A stretch of 64,000 bases of DNA from Octopus sinensis (GCF_006345805.1 NC_043004.1:59458001-59522000), one strand, 5' to 3'; positions 15,441 through 32,404 are shown, counted from the first letter of the stretch. Notes: generated from the letters alone by a model not told the origin. Program-made: numbers and translations.

Positions 15441-17264
15441 GTTGGCTGTCCGTCGTAGGTCGACATTGATGCTCAATTCTTTTCAGTCAAACATCGCTTT
15501 GGACGGTGAGAAAGGCTGTTGGCATCGTCCCACTACCAGACTGCCTCCTTCCGCCCCACACCGGAGATACCAAGTTGTGTACAAGAGTTCAACAAGGATT
15601 GTCGATTATAATGTTGTCTTACATCTCATTTGCTAGTTGAAACCCAACTATTGTGTGAGTGTACAGATCTTCCGCTTAGCCGCAATAAATTTCAAGCTGT
15701 TATATAATTTGACTGTTATCCAGCGCCTTGTTTCTGACGTGATCACTTTATCCCTGGCACGGAAGGCTAGAGATTGCTATCACTTCCCCGAGGTACCACA
15801 CCAGTCTGCGATCGGAAGGAGCAACTTACTCTCCCCTTTAAGTCCGGCCACTGATGTGGATACCGTACCGTCCTCAGTTGTTGTAGTAAGTGATGAATGA
15901 ATGAAAAATAAATATGCCCACCTTTATAACTTGAGACACAGTCACCAACACTCGCTAAACGCTACAAATTCGTCTTTCAGCCCAACTCTCTCTCGACTCC
16001 TTACTGTCTAGTCAATGATGTCAGCACACTCTCTTTGTCGTCCTTATGTAACATTCAAGTCCACTTTCTATCCACCTTGATTCCATGGATATGAGCACAA
16101 AAGTAACTACTGTATGAATCATGGCGTGATTTCCTATGAACAGTCAATGGAATATAAACCTTGGTGGTGCTTCTTTTAAGTTAGTTTAATTCGACGATTG
16201 CTTGAATCAAGTTTCTGTGTGTATACAATGAATAACATGTGAATGAATATGGTTGTTAGTTTGCTTCGTGTGTGCACACGCATGCGCGCTTGTGTGTTTG
16301 TCTATGTGCGTAAATGTTGGCATGTATGCAAGCAGATGTGGAGAGAGATTATTTAATATTTTGGATATAAGAAACAAGAATTGTTAGAAATTAGAGAAAG
16401 TACTGATTAAATTACTATTAAAATAGACCAAGTTACGAGTCCATTTTTGCTTTTATTTCTGTCACAGTATAGGAATGGGAAAAGGGACAGCAGTAATTGT
16501 GCAGAGAAATGCAGAAACCGGAGAAATACAATATTATATATAGATAACATAGATAGATACATAGAAAAACACAAGATTCCTTGTGTCTGGTTATAGGGTT
16601 AGAGAAAGAAAGAATGAGAGAAAGATTGAGAAATCAACGTGGAGAGGGGAAAAGGAAAAGAAAATGTAGGACCCGTTTTCAATTGAGAGAAAACAGGCTC
16701 TTCTTTATATAAATTGTGAAAGATAGAAAATAATGATCTATGAGAGTGAGAGAGAACAATGAGAGTGCGTATTCCAGTGAGTGTGTAATATTAATGAAAT
16801 GAGAGAAAATACTGATCTACTTATATACATAATGAAATATAGCAGACATAATGAAGCAGTGGTAGTAAAAAAAATATGAGCGAGTGAGCGAATGAGTGAG
16901 ACAGTAAGATTATTGAAACGAACAGATTTTTGGCTTACACGAAAGGTCAAGTATATAGAGAAAGTCCAATATAAGAAGAAATTGTCAATCACAGAGAAAC
17001 GGAACTACTAGTCTTGGAAATTCAGGAACAGGATGATGATGATTATTATTATTATTAGAGGGGCGTGAATGTAGGATTTGAGATGAAGCATAGACAAATC
17101 CTGCGGAAGAAAAGACAACAAGAATCAGAAATACACGAAGAATAAAAATAGATAGATGTAAGAAGATATGAGGAAGACATGAGTTTTAAAGGAATGAGAT
17201 TAAGAATTGCTGAAGGGAAACTAAAATAAACGCTGTTAGCTTTTACTAGTTCGCTCGCTGTAAC

Positions 17265-17325
<61 letters not shown>

Positions 17326-17365
17326 TCACACACAAAACACACTCACAAATACACACACACACACA

Positions 17366-17786
17366 GCGCAGGTGTGGCTGTGTGGTAAGTAGCTTGCTAA
17401 CCAACCACATGGTTCAGGGTTCAGTCCCACAGCGTAGCACCTTGGGCAACTGTCTTCTACTATAGCCCCGGGCCGACCAATGCCTTGTGAGTGGATTTGG
17501 TAGACGGAAACTGAAAGAAGCCCGTCCTATATATGTATATATATATGTGTGTGTGTGTGTTTGTGTGTTTGTGTGTCTGTGTTTGTCCCCCTAGCATTGC
17601 TTGACAACCGATGCTGGCGTGTTTATGTCCCCGTCACAAGCGGTTCGGCAAAAGAGACCGATAGAATAAGTACTGGGCTTACAAAGAATAAGTCCTTGGG
17701 TCTAGTTGCTCGACTAAAGGCGGTGCTCCAGCATGGCCGCAGTCAAATGACTGAAACAAGTAAAAGAGTAAAAAAGAGTAATGAGT
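17366..17786 (+). mobile_element. SINE family A, full length (tRNA head, central domain, microsatellite, 3' tail)
   Basis: Box A TGGCTGTGTGG, box B GGTTCAGTCCC, GCCTTGTGAGTGGATTTGGTAGACGGAAACTGAAAGAAG, tail repeats AAAGAGTA. Confidence 0.92.
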
Positions 17787-18125
17787 ATATAAATGTATGT
17801 GTATTTCTTCAAGGTGTACAAGTAACACGGAAAAAAAAAACAGTTACCAGGGTAGCAAAAATTCATAAAGTGCCAAGCATGTTACAGCATACTTATAAAG
17901 GTAGAAATTCCAGGGTTTAGTGAAATATTTTGTATGACATAGATAAATTAAGAAATGGAGGTAAACGAAGGTATTATTCAAATCTTTTTATATCCGACAT
18001 GTACTTCGAAGAAAACATTGGTATTATTCGTGAGGAATTAAAATGATGTAAAATAATGTCATCACCTGAGATGGGATGATTACATTATTTTACATCATTT
18101 TATTCCCTAAGGAATATTACCATTT

Positions 18126-18159
<34 letters not shown>

Positions 18160-19030
18160 CTAGATCTCTGACGATTTGTATCCCTATATTCTTAAATATT
18201 TTTTAATACATCATTACAAGCGTGTCTATATTTGCTGTGCAATTCGTTCCTAATCATAGACTTATATTGTTCAATATCAACAATGTAAATGTTGCTTGTT
18301 TTGTCCGCTGGTACAAGTATCCCCGGAGCTTTCTTGAAGTCGATAAGTAATTTTTGATTTTCTGCAGATGTATATTATAACTTATAGGGTACTTCCTGAA
18401 CTTCCCGTTCTCAACCATACTATATAATTCTTCTTCAAACCTGGTTAGGTGTTGGTTAGTCGGTGGGTTCCTTCTAGATTTGAATATTTTTCTTAGTATA
18501 TCACTATGTTCAGGTTTGTCGTTTGGTTAAAGCTCCTTGTGGAAAAAAATTTTCCAGCTCATTGTACGTACAAATTGTTTCGTTTTCTCCAAAAGATCAT
18601 GTATATAATCCTTCCTACTGGGTATAGGTATGTCCTTTAGCGAAACATCCAGTGTTATTTTATCCATCATCTTGGTACGGTATCGTTTAGCTCCTTCCTC
18701 CCGGAAATCGGAAATTGATTGTGGTTAATGGATAATAAAACTAATGGTTTACACCTGGTACCTTACTGGTAAAGCGCGGTCACTTTCAGAGTCATCATTA
18801 TGTATATGGCAAATGAAAGATGGAAGATGGAATATACGAGAATTTATTATTAATCACGACAATTGTTTCGACACAACGAGCATAAATCCCTCATGAGTGG
18901 GACACTGACCAAATGCTTCAAAGCATCCGGCGGTGTAGATGTATTTCGTCGGGTGATAAATAAATACAACTTGTTAAAATAACAGTTTCGAAATGTAACT
19001 TCTTGTTTTGTAGAAACTCCTTGTTTTGTT
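18160..19030 (-). mobile_element. Penelope-like element 5' fragment (leader + ORF N-terminus)
   Basis: Manual translation from ATG at 18670: MMDKITLDVSLKDIPIPSRKDYIHDLLEKTKQFVRTMSWKIFF; after frameshifts FKSRRNPP..LTRFEEELYSMV and LVPADKTSNIY, typical PLE RT N-terminal motifs; decayed HHR-like motif upstream at 18854-18900. Confidence 0.8.
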
Positions 19031-19035
19031 TTTGT

Positions 19036-19070
19036 AGGAAACTGAAAGAAGCCTGTCGTATATATGTATA

Positions 19071-19106
<36 letters not shown>

Positions 19107-19333
19107 TGTATGTATGTATGTGTTTGTGTGTCTGTGTTTGTCCCCCTAGCATTGCTTGACAACCGATGCTGGTGTGTTTACGTCCCCGTCACTTAGCGGT
19201 TCGGCAAAAGAGACCGATAGAATAAGTACTGGGCTTACAAAGAATAAGTCCCAGGGTCGATTTGCTTGACTAAAGGCGGTGCTCCAGCATGGCCGCAGTC
19301 AAATGACTGAAACATATAAAAGAGTAAAAGAGT
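19036..19333 (+). mobile_element. SINE family A, 5'-truncated
   Basis: Match to 17500-17770. Confidence 0.9.
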
Positions 19334-20356
19334 AGAGAAAGAGATGGCAAAAGAAAAACGAACAAGCAATCTAGCGAGAAAAGTATTAAAAATAACGTAG
19401 CAGATATGGATGTATAAATGCCCTTGGGCATGCTGCATGGCGCGAGTACACACGTTCATATATGCTTCTGTGAAAATGTGCACATACGTATAAACATAGT
19501 TATTTATATGAGATAAGGCATAGTGTGACATTTGGTGTTATTTTTTATACTGATCTATAGAGCGTTGGTGGTTTAAAAGGATCACATTAGTACATGATTG
19601 GCATGAAGAATATTATCTATACCATTGTTATTTATTTCCGTTGATCGAATGTGGTGTTTGTGATTGTCTTAAGATGTTAGTGAACCATTTTGCTTTCGAA
19701 TAGTGTTTTCTATATATCGTTGTGGCTGTTGTAGAGAAATTATAAAGAACTTGTAGTATTTTTGTCTCGCACGACAAGGAATTATTTATCTTCTCTGCTG
19801 GAACCAAGTGTTGAACCATCGAGAAAGATGCAAATTTCTAAGCATTTCTGTTTCTCAACATACTTATTTTTTAGCAATAAATCATGTTATACTTACCATT
19901 GAGTGACTGGTTAAATGGCCGACCTGCAACAATCAACAATTACATCTTGGGTAAAAAAAAAACCCCAAAAGCCCCCAGTAAACTTTTATTGAAATGAGGG
20001 ATTATTTGTTGAAACACAGGAATTCTTTTAACGAGTTGAAGGAAACAAAATTGGGTATTGTCATAGCAAAACAACATGTTTTGCTGGCTTTCTGCTTTTT
20101 CTAAGTGAATGTTGTTAATATCCTTGCATTTAAGATAACGTTAGTCTTAGCTTCACTCTCAATACTAAGGGGTGATCAGGTCATACAATCTTTCTTGTGT
20201 CAGCTTGATCTGAAAGGCATCATTTATGCGCTGTAGTTTGTTGACATATCTCCCTGTTAATGTTACTAACGCGACTGTTATTGCGCTTAACATTTGCATA
20301 CATTTCGAACAAAAAGTCATCGAACATTTATCTTTTTATCGTATTTGTACGTGTCG

Positions 20357-20399
<43 letters not shown>

Positions 20400-21676
20400 G
20401 TATGATGTATGTATGTATGTATGTATGTATGTATGTTGTGTTTGTGTGTCTGTGTTTGTCCCCCTAGCATTGCTTGACAACCGATGCTGGTGTGTTTACG
20501 TCCCCGTCACTTAGCGGTTCGGCAAAAGAGACCGATAGAATAAGTACTGGGCTTACAAAGAATAAGTCCCAGGGTCGATTTGCTTGACTAAAGGCGGTGC
20601 TCCAGCATGGCCGCAGTCAAATGACTGAAACATATAAAAGAGTAAAAGAGTAGAGAAAGAGATGGCAAAAGAAAAACGAACAAGCAATCTAGCGAGAAAA
20701 GTATTAAAAATAACCGTAGCAGATATGGATGTATAAATGCCCTTGGGCATGCTGCATGGCGCGAGTACACACGTTCATATATGCTTCTGTGAAAATGTGC
20801 ACATACGTATAAACATAGTTATTTATATGAGATAAGGCATAGTGTGACATTTGGTGTTATTTTTTATACTGATCTATAGAGCGTTGGTGGTTTAAAAGGA
20901 TCACATTAGTACATGATTGGCATGAAGAATATTATCTATACCATTGTTATTTATTTCCGTTGATCGAATGTGGTGTTTGTGATTGTCTTAAGATGTTAGT
21001 GAACCATTTTGCTTTCGAATAGTGTTTTCTATATATCGTTGTGGCTGTTGTAGAGAAATTATAAAGAACTTGTAGTATTTTTGTCTCGCACGACAAGGAA
21101 TTATTTATCTTCTCTGCTGGAACCAAGTGTTGAACCATCGAGAAAGATGCAAATTTCTAAGCATTTCTGTTTCTCAACATACTTATTTTTTAGCAATAAA
21201 TCATGTTATACTTACCATTGAGTGACTGGTTAAATGGCCGACCTGCAACAATCAACAATTACATCTTGGGTAAAAAAAAAACCCCAAAAGCCCCCAGTAA
21301 ACTTTTATTGAAATGAGGGATTATTTGTTGAAACACAGGAATTCTTTTAACGAGTTGAAGGAAACAAAATTGGGTATTGTCATAGCAAAACAACATGTTT
21401 TGCTGGCTTTCTGCTTTTTCTAAGTGAATGTTGTTAATATCCTTGCATTTAAGAATAACGTTAGTCTTAGCTTCACTCTCAATACTAAGGGGTGATCAGG
21501 TCATACAATCTTTCTTGTGTCAGCTTGATCTGAAAGGCATCATTTATGCGCTGTAGTTTGTTGACATATCTCCCTGTTAATGTTACTAACGCGACTGTTA
21601 TTGCGCTTAACATTTGCATACATTTCGAACAAAAAGTCATCGAACATTTATCTTTTTATCGTATTTGTACGTGTCG

Positions 21677-21734
<58 letters not shown>

Positions 21735-21745
21735 TGTATGTATGT
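19080..21745. repeat. Near-identical tandem duplication, period ~1319 bp (includes a second SINE A 3' half at ~20440-20651)
   Basis: 19141-20380 recurs at 20459-21700 with only single-base indels seen outside microsatellites. Confidence 0.95.
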
Positions 21746-21842
21746 ACATATGTATATGTATATATGAGTATGTGTGTGTATGTATGTGTGCGCACACATT
21801 ACAGTAATGGCTCTAAATCTTATAGAAAATATATGGTTTACA

Positions 21843-21894
<52 letters not shown>

Positions 21895-22999
21895 ATATAT
21901 ATATTAATATTCCGTGTTAGAAGTAGCTTAACAACGTAAGCATTATCATTACCAATTATGTATGCGTGTTGGTAAATGCTGTGAAAACGCACTATTTCGC
22001 CCAGAGACCTATCGTGTTTAAGTAACAGAGCATATCTCAAAACTAGGCAAAGCGAAATCGCCCCGTATGTGAAAGGAAGTGACAACTATGGGTATTCCAC
22101 GGTCATTTCTGCTCTTCAGTATAACACACTACTCTCCCTCGATATTAAAATTATGTGTGTTGGCAATCACTACATCGCTGCTGTATTTCGCCCAGGGGAA
22201 ACCTAATTAAATATGTATTATGCTTAAAAACAGCATATCCCAAAGCTAGGCGAAAAGAGATCAACCCTTGAGAGATTTGACACACTAGTGTGTTGGCCAT
22301 CCTAATTTTAAACAATTGAATCTAATAAAGGGTGAGGAATTGGTATACACAAGTTAACAGATAGACAACCTCGCATTGTTCAAAAATCAAAACGAGTGGG
22401 ATTTTTGTTATGATAGGTCGACAAATAGAGTACCATTCAGTTACTGAGTCGTTACTTTTCTCACTAACTCTCTCTCTCTCTCTTGTTTTTTTTATCTCTG
22501 TCTGTCTCTGTCTCTGTCCCGCTCTCTCTCTTTCTCTCTCACACGTTACCTTTAAATCTGCTAGTTTAGTTTTTGGGAAAAGCCCAGAGACTATTCAGTG
22601 TGTCTTTTAAAGCAGAAATGGATACACGGTGAACAAAGCGTAATTACTCTCTTCTAGTACAAAATTTTATAGGTTATTGCGAAGGAGACATATTTGAAGT
22701 ACTATTAGAGCGTCAGTGGACAAATGTCTAGCAGAATTCATCCTGACTGTCTCTTTCGGCGTTCAAAATCCGACTGAGTCCGATTTTGCTTTGTCAGAAG
22801 GACCCTGTTTGTTGCATTGCCGTACCTGTTGTTGCTCTCTTCGTTTAGCGGCAACACCTCCGACGTTACCGTCACAAATTTGTATCGACTAAGTCGGTAA
22901 ACTTTACCGTTGATAAACATCAGTTGAAAGGTTACCGTTGATAAATTTTACATAAATTTTACATAAAAGCCGACCATCCAGACTTATGTCGAATTATCG

Positions 23000-25930
<2,931 letters not shown>

Positions 25931-26169
25931 GAAAAGATAGGGAGAGACAGAAAGAGTTTTATACTTTGCTAGATAGGTATACACGTGTATATCTTTATAT
26001 TTCATACGAATTATTTATTCCTATGGATTGTTATTCATGGCTTTTATAGACGTTCGCGTCCAATTGGAGCGATGCTATTGATATTCAGATGAGCTACTTT
26101 TAGACAATAAGTGATGGGAAACGAGAGAGAGGTAGAGAGAGAAAGAAAGTTTAAAAGAGCTAGCTTTCC

Positions 26170-26950
26170 ACACGTTTTTTCTTCAAGGGAAAGAAATCAC
26201 TGCAAGATGTCTTTTATGCAAGATTTATAGCACGTTTGAAATATTAAGAAGAGAAGAATCGGGTCAGGTGCATTAAGGATAATGGCTAGAGTTTGTTTAC
26301 CGTTGACACATCAATGGTGAGAGATGAAAATAAAGTGATCATCTTCGTACTAGTGCTGGTAGGGTGTTGATGAGAATAATTTTGATACTTTATAAAGTAA
26401 ATATTGGAGTCACCGAGAGAGGCAGCGTTAAGGGCCATTGCTGGGTTTTCGTCTTTGGTGGCAATGGGTGAGGTAATTATCCTGAAAATGGAATCGTGCT
26501 CATAATCCTTTCAACAGAGTGGAACTCTGCTAAAGAGACACAACGTGGCAGCTGGTTTTATCCTCGGGTTACAATATGAGTAAACTTGAGTGACAACATG
26601 AGTAAACTGTACATGGGCCCTAACTTGTGTGGTGTCTTTATTTCCACGCTCAGTCACTAAGTTGCTTAGAGGTAGGAACGAAATATCTTCCAACGGATTA
26701 CCTAGCAAGAAGTAAAGCAACAGCTTTCTCTCTATAGACACCGAAACTGGTAATGTAACGTGGGTGACGGATGTAGTTCGCGAAGATGTAAGTCTTTGTT
26801 GAAGATGAAGGAAAGAGTATGTGTAATGTCATCAGGATAGCTGTTGATAGAAACACTAACACACATTGCTGAAACACAATTTTTTTAGAATGTAGGCTTA
26901 TAAGATGTAAATCAGCTAAATCAGCGTATACTAATAATAAGATCCTTAAG
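26170..26950 (-). mobile_element. Highly decayed Penelope-type RT remnant
   Basis: Minus-strand remnants in PLE RT order: ISFLPLSNLVT (cf. SFDVxSLFT), FQDNY..PAMA, YEDDHFIF (cf. YVDDIF), LNAPDPIL (cf. LNxxHPxI). Confidence 0.4.
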
Positions 26951-28730
26951 AGAAAAATTCTTATGGTACACACATATACACCCAGGTACGCGCGTAAACG
27001 CACTGTTAGTATACATTACGAAGCATCTGCTGATACCGAGAGTTAGCAATGAGTTCACTGACGATCGTAAGCACATGACACCTATGTTGCTGAAACTATA
27101 AACTCAAGAGTATGTTGGATGTGAGTGGAAACTATGATTATAAACGTTTGACAAGGAAGTGAAGATTGTAACTGTCAACAAATATCTGAAAACTATCGAC
27201 AATGTTGGTATTCGGGGTGAGGAAAGTTTAGATGGCATCGTTGATCTTTTTTCTTTTTCCATAAAAGTGGATATGTTCCGATAAAAAAAAGGCTAATTGT
27301 GAAGCTTCGGGATATGTGGATATAACTCTGGGGTGTCGATATATATATATATATTTATATATACATGAGGCACAAAAGGAAATTCAGCTGATGTTTTACG
27401 TAGGTTTGTATTTCTGTTTATGTAGGTTCAGTAATGCAAAATTTCATAGCATTATTTCAGTTGGCAGACTGGAGAAAATTAATTGTGAACCCCATGAAAT
27501 AATATGAAAAGAAAAAGAACAAGATATGCTTCAACGCAAAATATTTAAATATTGATTCTAATATCATCGTATACTTGAAATAACCTTAGAAAGAGACCAA
27601 GGAAAAAAATCAACTTAAATTTTCAAATTCAAGTTGAATCCTCCGAATTAATAATTTATGCTTTAAAAACTATATTCTGAGGCTTAAATATATAGCTTTA
27701 CGGTCTTAGTCCAAAAGTCGATAAAAACTGACGTTGCCATTCATCTTAGAACATCAGTCGTACACAATAAACGTTGAATTTATATTAACCTTTCCTGGCA
27801 TATATTTCGATTTCTGCAGACATACTCGAACTCCGAATTTCCATATATTATATTTTCGTCTATAAAACATTAGATTTTCCCCCAGGAAAACGCTGTTTCC
27901 TACCTAAATCATTTTGTTTTACTTTCATGCGAAGCCCAATGAATTGTCATGTATGGCTGCATTTGCCTTCCAATTCTCTCTGGGTGAGGATTGATGTGGA
28001 GTTTTCTTATTGTATTCTTCGCTTTCCAAATATTCACCAATGTTCAAAATCCTTCCAATCCATTGGACGTTCGATCGATCAACTTTCATTGCTTTAGTAA
28101 ATTAGTTTCCTTATTTACTCAATCTTTCGTGGAATAATAGATAAAGCAATTACTAATTATCTGTCACCTTTTATTTCTTATCATTAATTGAGTTAATGTG
28201 ATCCTGTGTGTGAACGCGTGTGAATTAAATACGTCTTAAGAACTATACATTTAAGAAAACTTCTAAACGTAGGCAAATATTTTTTCGGAAATCTCAAGCA
28301 AAATTTTCCAATACGAGTCAGTATATTTTTATAATCGATAATCAATACTTACGATGTGGAGAATATTTATCTAGATTACACCAAGAGAGCTTTATTTTCA
28401 ATGAACATTTTTTTTAAAGTAAATCTATGGCATAAACCATTTGAAAAAAAATAATAAAATATTTTTATAAATAATATATAATGAAATAAAGATTTCAGAT
28501 AACGAAAATGTGATTCAAAAATGAAGAATATAATTCTATAGTTATGACTGGGAAGCTAAATTGAGAAAATTTTTGTTTACACAGATTTATTGAACAATTT
28601 TAACCCGGATTGTATATTACCTGTAAACGGCATTTCACGAAATTATCTTTCAAGTCATCTCTTTGATGTCATTTTAAAAATTTATTTCAGAAACAAACAA
28701 GACAAACGTCATATTAACAACGTGAGAAAT

Positions 28731-28732
<2 letters not shown>

Positions 28733-28762
<30 letters not shown>

Positions 28763-28831
28763 GTTGTTGTTGTTGTTGTTATTATTTATCATCATTATTA
28801 TTATTATTTTTTATTATTATTATTATTATTA

Positions 28832-28874
<43 letters not shown>

Positions 28875-29046
28875 GTTGTTGTTGTTGTTGTTATTATTTA
28901 TCATCATTATTATTATTATTATTGTTGTTGTTGTTATTATTTATCATCATTATTATTATTATTATTATTATTATCATTATTATTATTATTGTTGTTGTTG
29001 TTGTTGTTATTATTTATCATCATTATTATTATTATTATTATTATTA

Positions 29047-29092
<46 letters not shown>

Positions 29093-29239
29093 GTTGTTGT
29101 TGTTGTTGTTATTATTTATCATCATTATTATTATTATTATTGTTGTTGTTGTTATTATTTATCATCATTATTATTATTATTATTATTATTATCATTTTAT
29201 TATTATTATTGTTGTTGTTGTTGTTGTTATTATTTATCA

Positions 29240-29271
<32 letters not shown>

Positions 29272-29335
29272 TATTATTATTATTAATATTATTATTATTA
29301 TTATCATTATTATTATTATTATTTATTATGCATAT
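28733..29335. repeat. Compound microsatellite with higher-order unit (ATT)n(GTT)n-ATTATTTATCATC
   Basis: The motif GTTATTATTTATCATCATT recurs about seven times. Confidence 0.85.
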
Positions 29336-30155
29336 TTATAATATAATGCAATGTGATATAATATAATGTAATATACAATATATATCGGCACTTTCGTATA
29401 GATTAGTTTATACATATCTATACATATCGTGTATGTGTGAATGCAGTTATACACACATATACACACGTGCAAACATATATATACACACACAATCTGAGAG
29501 AGGGAGTGTGTGTGTGAGAGCGAGAAAGAGAGAATGAGACAGAGAGAGAGGAATGCGCCTACCAGAGTAAATATGTTTATGTAGATACTGATTCATTTCA
29601 TTAGATATTTACAATCCTACACATATTCTGCTATTAGAGACTACGCTCGTACACATACACTCACACACAAATACACTCACGCACACTTAATATGTTGTAT
29701 GTTTGTGAAATATGCGTGTATACAAACATACACACATTTTCGCACGCATATGTATATATTTAATACTTCTAAAATTTTATGCTTCTGTAAATTAATAAAA
29801 TTGTTAATCAAATTTGTTACGAGGTGACTTTCCTTCTATTAAATATATCTATCAATATATTTGGAAAAAATAATTTTTCTAACTATATATTTTATTATCT
29901 GGTTGTATAAACATTTCTAAATATTTAAACATAAAGATCTAAGGAATACTCAACTTTGATTTCGGGTGTGATCTCAACTTCCTAAACATTTTACGACCCG
30001 AGCTTGAGAATTGTGAATAGATTTATGGAAGAAGACCATTTCGTTTAGCAGCAGGTTATGATGTTAGAATGGCATGATATGCAAGTTTAACCTTATATTT
30101 ACATACATACAGACATACATACAGACAGACAGACATGCATACATACATACATACA

Positions 30156-30191
<36 letters not shown>

Positions 30192-30344
30192 TATATATTT
30201 TATGTAAATATATATATATTTTTTATGTAAATATATATATATATATATACAACATAATAAACAAAAATAGCAACAATTTACTCATCGCACATTTGAGCGT
30301 GTATATATATGTGTATATATATGTGTATATCTATGTGTATATAC

Positions 30345-31797
30345 ATGTGCGATGAGTAAATTGTTGCTATTTTTTATTTTCAATGTCGCGTATGCGCTTG
30401 AGTATTTTTGATTTTGTCGACTGCACAGTATAGTAGGGTCATGTGGGCATCGTCTGTGAGAAAAACAGCACCATGTCACAATTCACTCTTCCAAGCATTT
30501 GGAACCGACATGCAGTACTGCTTGGTATTCGCGCCGAAAGCTTCCAGTACAAACATTTCGGAATGTTTGGGTGTCAGTCTGAGGACAGTGCAGAGGATTT
30601 GGAAAGAGTTGGATGAGTCTAACTGCGTTTACGAAGGTACGGCAGGTCGGAAAACTTATTCTGATCGTTGTGATGAGAAACGAACTCTTGCATTTGTCGG
30701 TGATGATTGACAACCATTCCTCTAAGTTAATCAGGTCCATCGCCAGGGATATAGGGGTGTTTGAATTTCGTGTGGGACAGAGAGTGCATGAAGACATTCG
30801 GTATTCATTATGCATAAGACGGCGAGTAACGTTAGCACGCCGGGCGAAGTGCTTAGCAGTAATTCGTCTGCGTTACGTTGTGAGTTCAAATTCCGCCGAG
30901 GTTGACATTGCCTTTCATCCTTTCGGGGTCGATAAATTAAGTACCAGTTACGCACTGGGGTCGATGTAATCGACTTAATGCCTATGTCTGTCCTTGTTTG
31001 TCCCCTCTGTGTTTAGCCCCTTGTGGGTAATAAAGAAATAGGTATTCATCATCCAAGATATGAAAGGACCAATTTTTTATCCCAAGTCTTCAGGGACAAG
31101 AGGGATGTCTGCAGTATGAAGCTCAAGGGTCTCGTCCAACCGAAAATGCTTTGGTTTTACTCAGACGAGAAAATTTTCTGCGTAGATAAGATGGTGAACA
31201 CACATAAAAACCGTTGGCTAGCCGTGTACTAAAACATGTACCGAGAGTAAACATCATGTTGTTTGGTATGATCACTAGTGATGGTAACGTTATGTTTACA
31301 TTCGTCTTCCCACACGAGAAAGAGGCCTACATCAAGTGCCTGGAGGAAGTGGTGCTACGCTGGGTCAAGAGGGTGGCTGCTGGAAGACACTATGTCTGTC
31401 AACAGGATTCTGGATCATGTCACACAAGCAGGATGGCCCAGTCAAGGCTGTCAGACAATTTCTGCACCCGCATTACTCCTAACAACTGACTACCTAACTC
31501 CCCAGACTGCAATTCACATCATTATTATTTATGGGGGATAGCTGAGAGAGAGACCAACAAAAATCTTTGTAACACCAAAGATGAACTGAAGGCAAGGACA
31601 ATGGTAGCATTCGCAAACTTAAGCAAGGAGACCGCCCAGAAGATTGCAGGCACTGGCAATTTTATTGAATAAATGAACTCTTTAGTATTTCAAGATATTT
31701 TTATTTTATTTTGGTAAATAAATCTGTAAAAATGAGATGTCAGTATTATTTTCATTTTTGCGTAATTTAGGCGGCAATTATAAACACTGCACCTTTT
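30345..31797 (+). mobile_element. Decayed Tc1/mariner-superfamily transposon (maT/DD37D-like)
   Basis: HTH-like NISECLGVSLRTVQRIWKEL; WFYSDEKIF; QQDSGSCHTS; LPNSPDCN; left TIR-like ATGTGCGATGAGTAAATTGTTGC; interrupted by SINE B. Confidence 0.82.
30816..31040 (+). mobile_element. SINE family B inserted in the transposase
   Basis: Consensus core; flanked by similar GGTATTCATTATGCA / GGTATTCATCATCCA (decayed TSD). Confidence 0.9.
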
Positions 31798-31876
31798 ACA
31801 CACAAACACACACACACATATATATATATATGTATACATACATACACAACACACCACATAAATGTGTATGTATATA

Positions 31877-31949
<73 letters not shown>

Positions 31950-31999
31950 AAATCTCTGAACGAGATAAAAACAGTAGCTGCACGACAGTGTGAAGTATA

Positions 32000-32400
32000 T
32001 ATTGCCACTTAAATGTGGCTAACCACTAAGGACGGATGCTATTGTAGATTCTAGCCCCAGGAGAACATCTTTTCCAGCTGGCTATTGATACACTTTTTGT
32101 GCCCTATCATTATTTGCAAAGGGAAGCCATCCTTTCCATCGTCGACCTGGTATATGTATTTGCATTGTGACCCCTTCGCATCGAAGGGCGGTGATTATCG
32201 TGCGCTGACAACGGGTAAATACTCAGAAACCCAAGTCCGTGCGTATCACGTCAGGTTGACGATGGGAGGGATAGCTTCCCTTTGCAAATACTGATAGGGC
32301 ACAGAAAGTGTGTCAATAGCCCGCTGGAGAAGATGTTCTCTTAGGGCTATAAGCTAGAGTAGAATCCACCCTTAGTGGTTAGCCACATTTAAGTAGCATA
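32000..32400. mobile_element. MITE with ~150-bp imperfect terminal inverted repeats
   Basis: CTTAAATGTGGCTAACCACTAAGG..TTTGCAAAGGGAAGC..CATCGTCGACCTG is mirrored by CAGGTTGACGATG..GCTTCCCTTTGCAAA..CCTTAGTGGTTAGCCACATTTAAG; TA-rich flanks; related terminal fragment at ~60881-60925. Confidence 0.85.
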
Positions 32401-32404
32401 TATA

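Noticed and set aside
15450-15900. Possible RTE LINE remnant (DRRLVWYLG on - strand)
   Set aside because: A single weak motif, too decayed to call.
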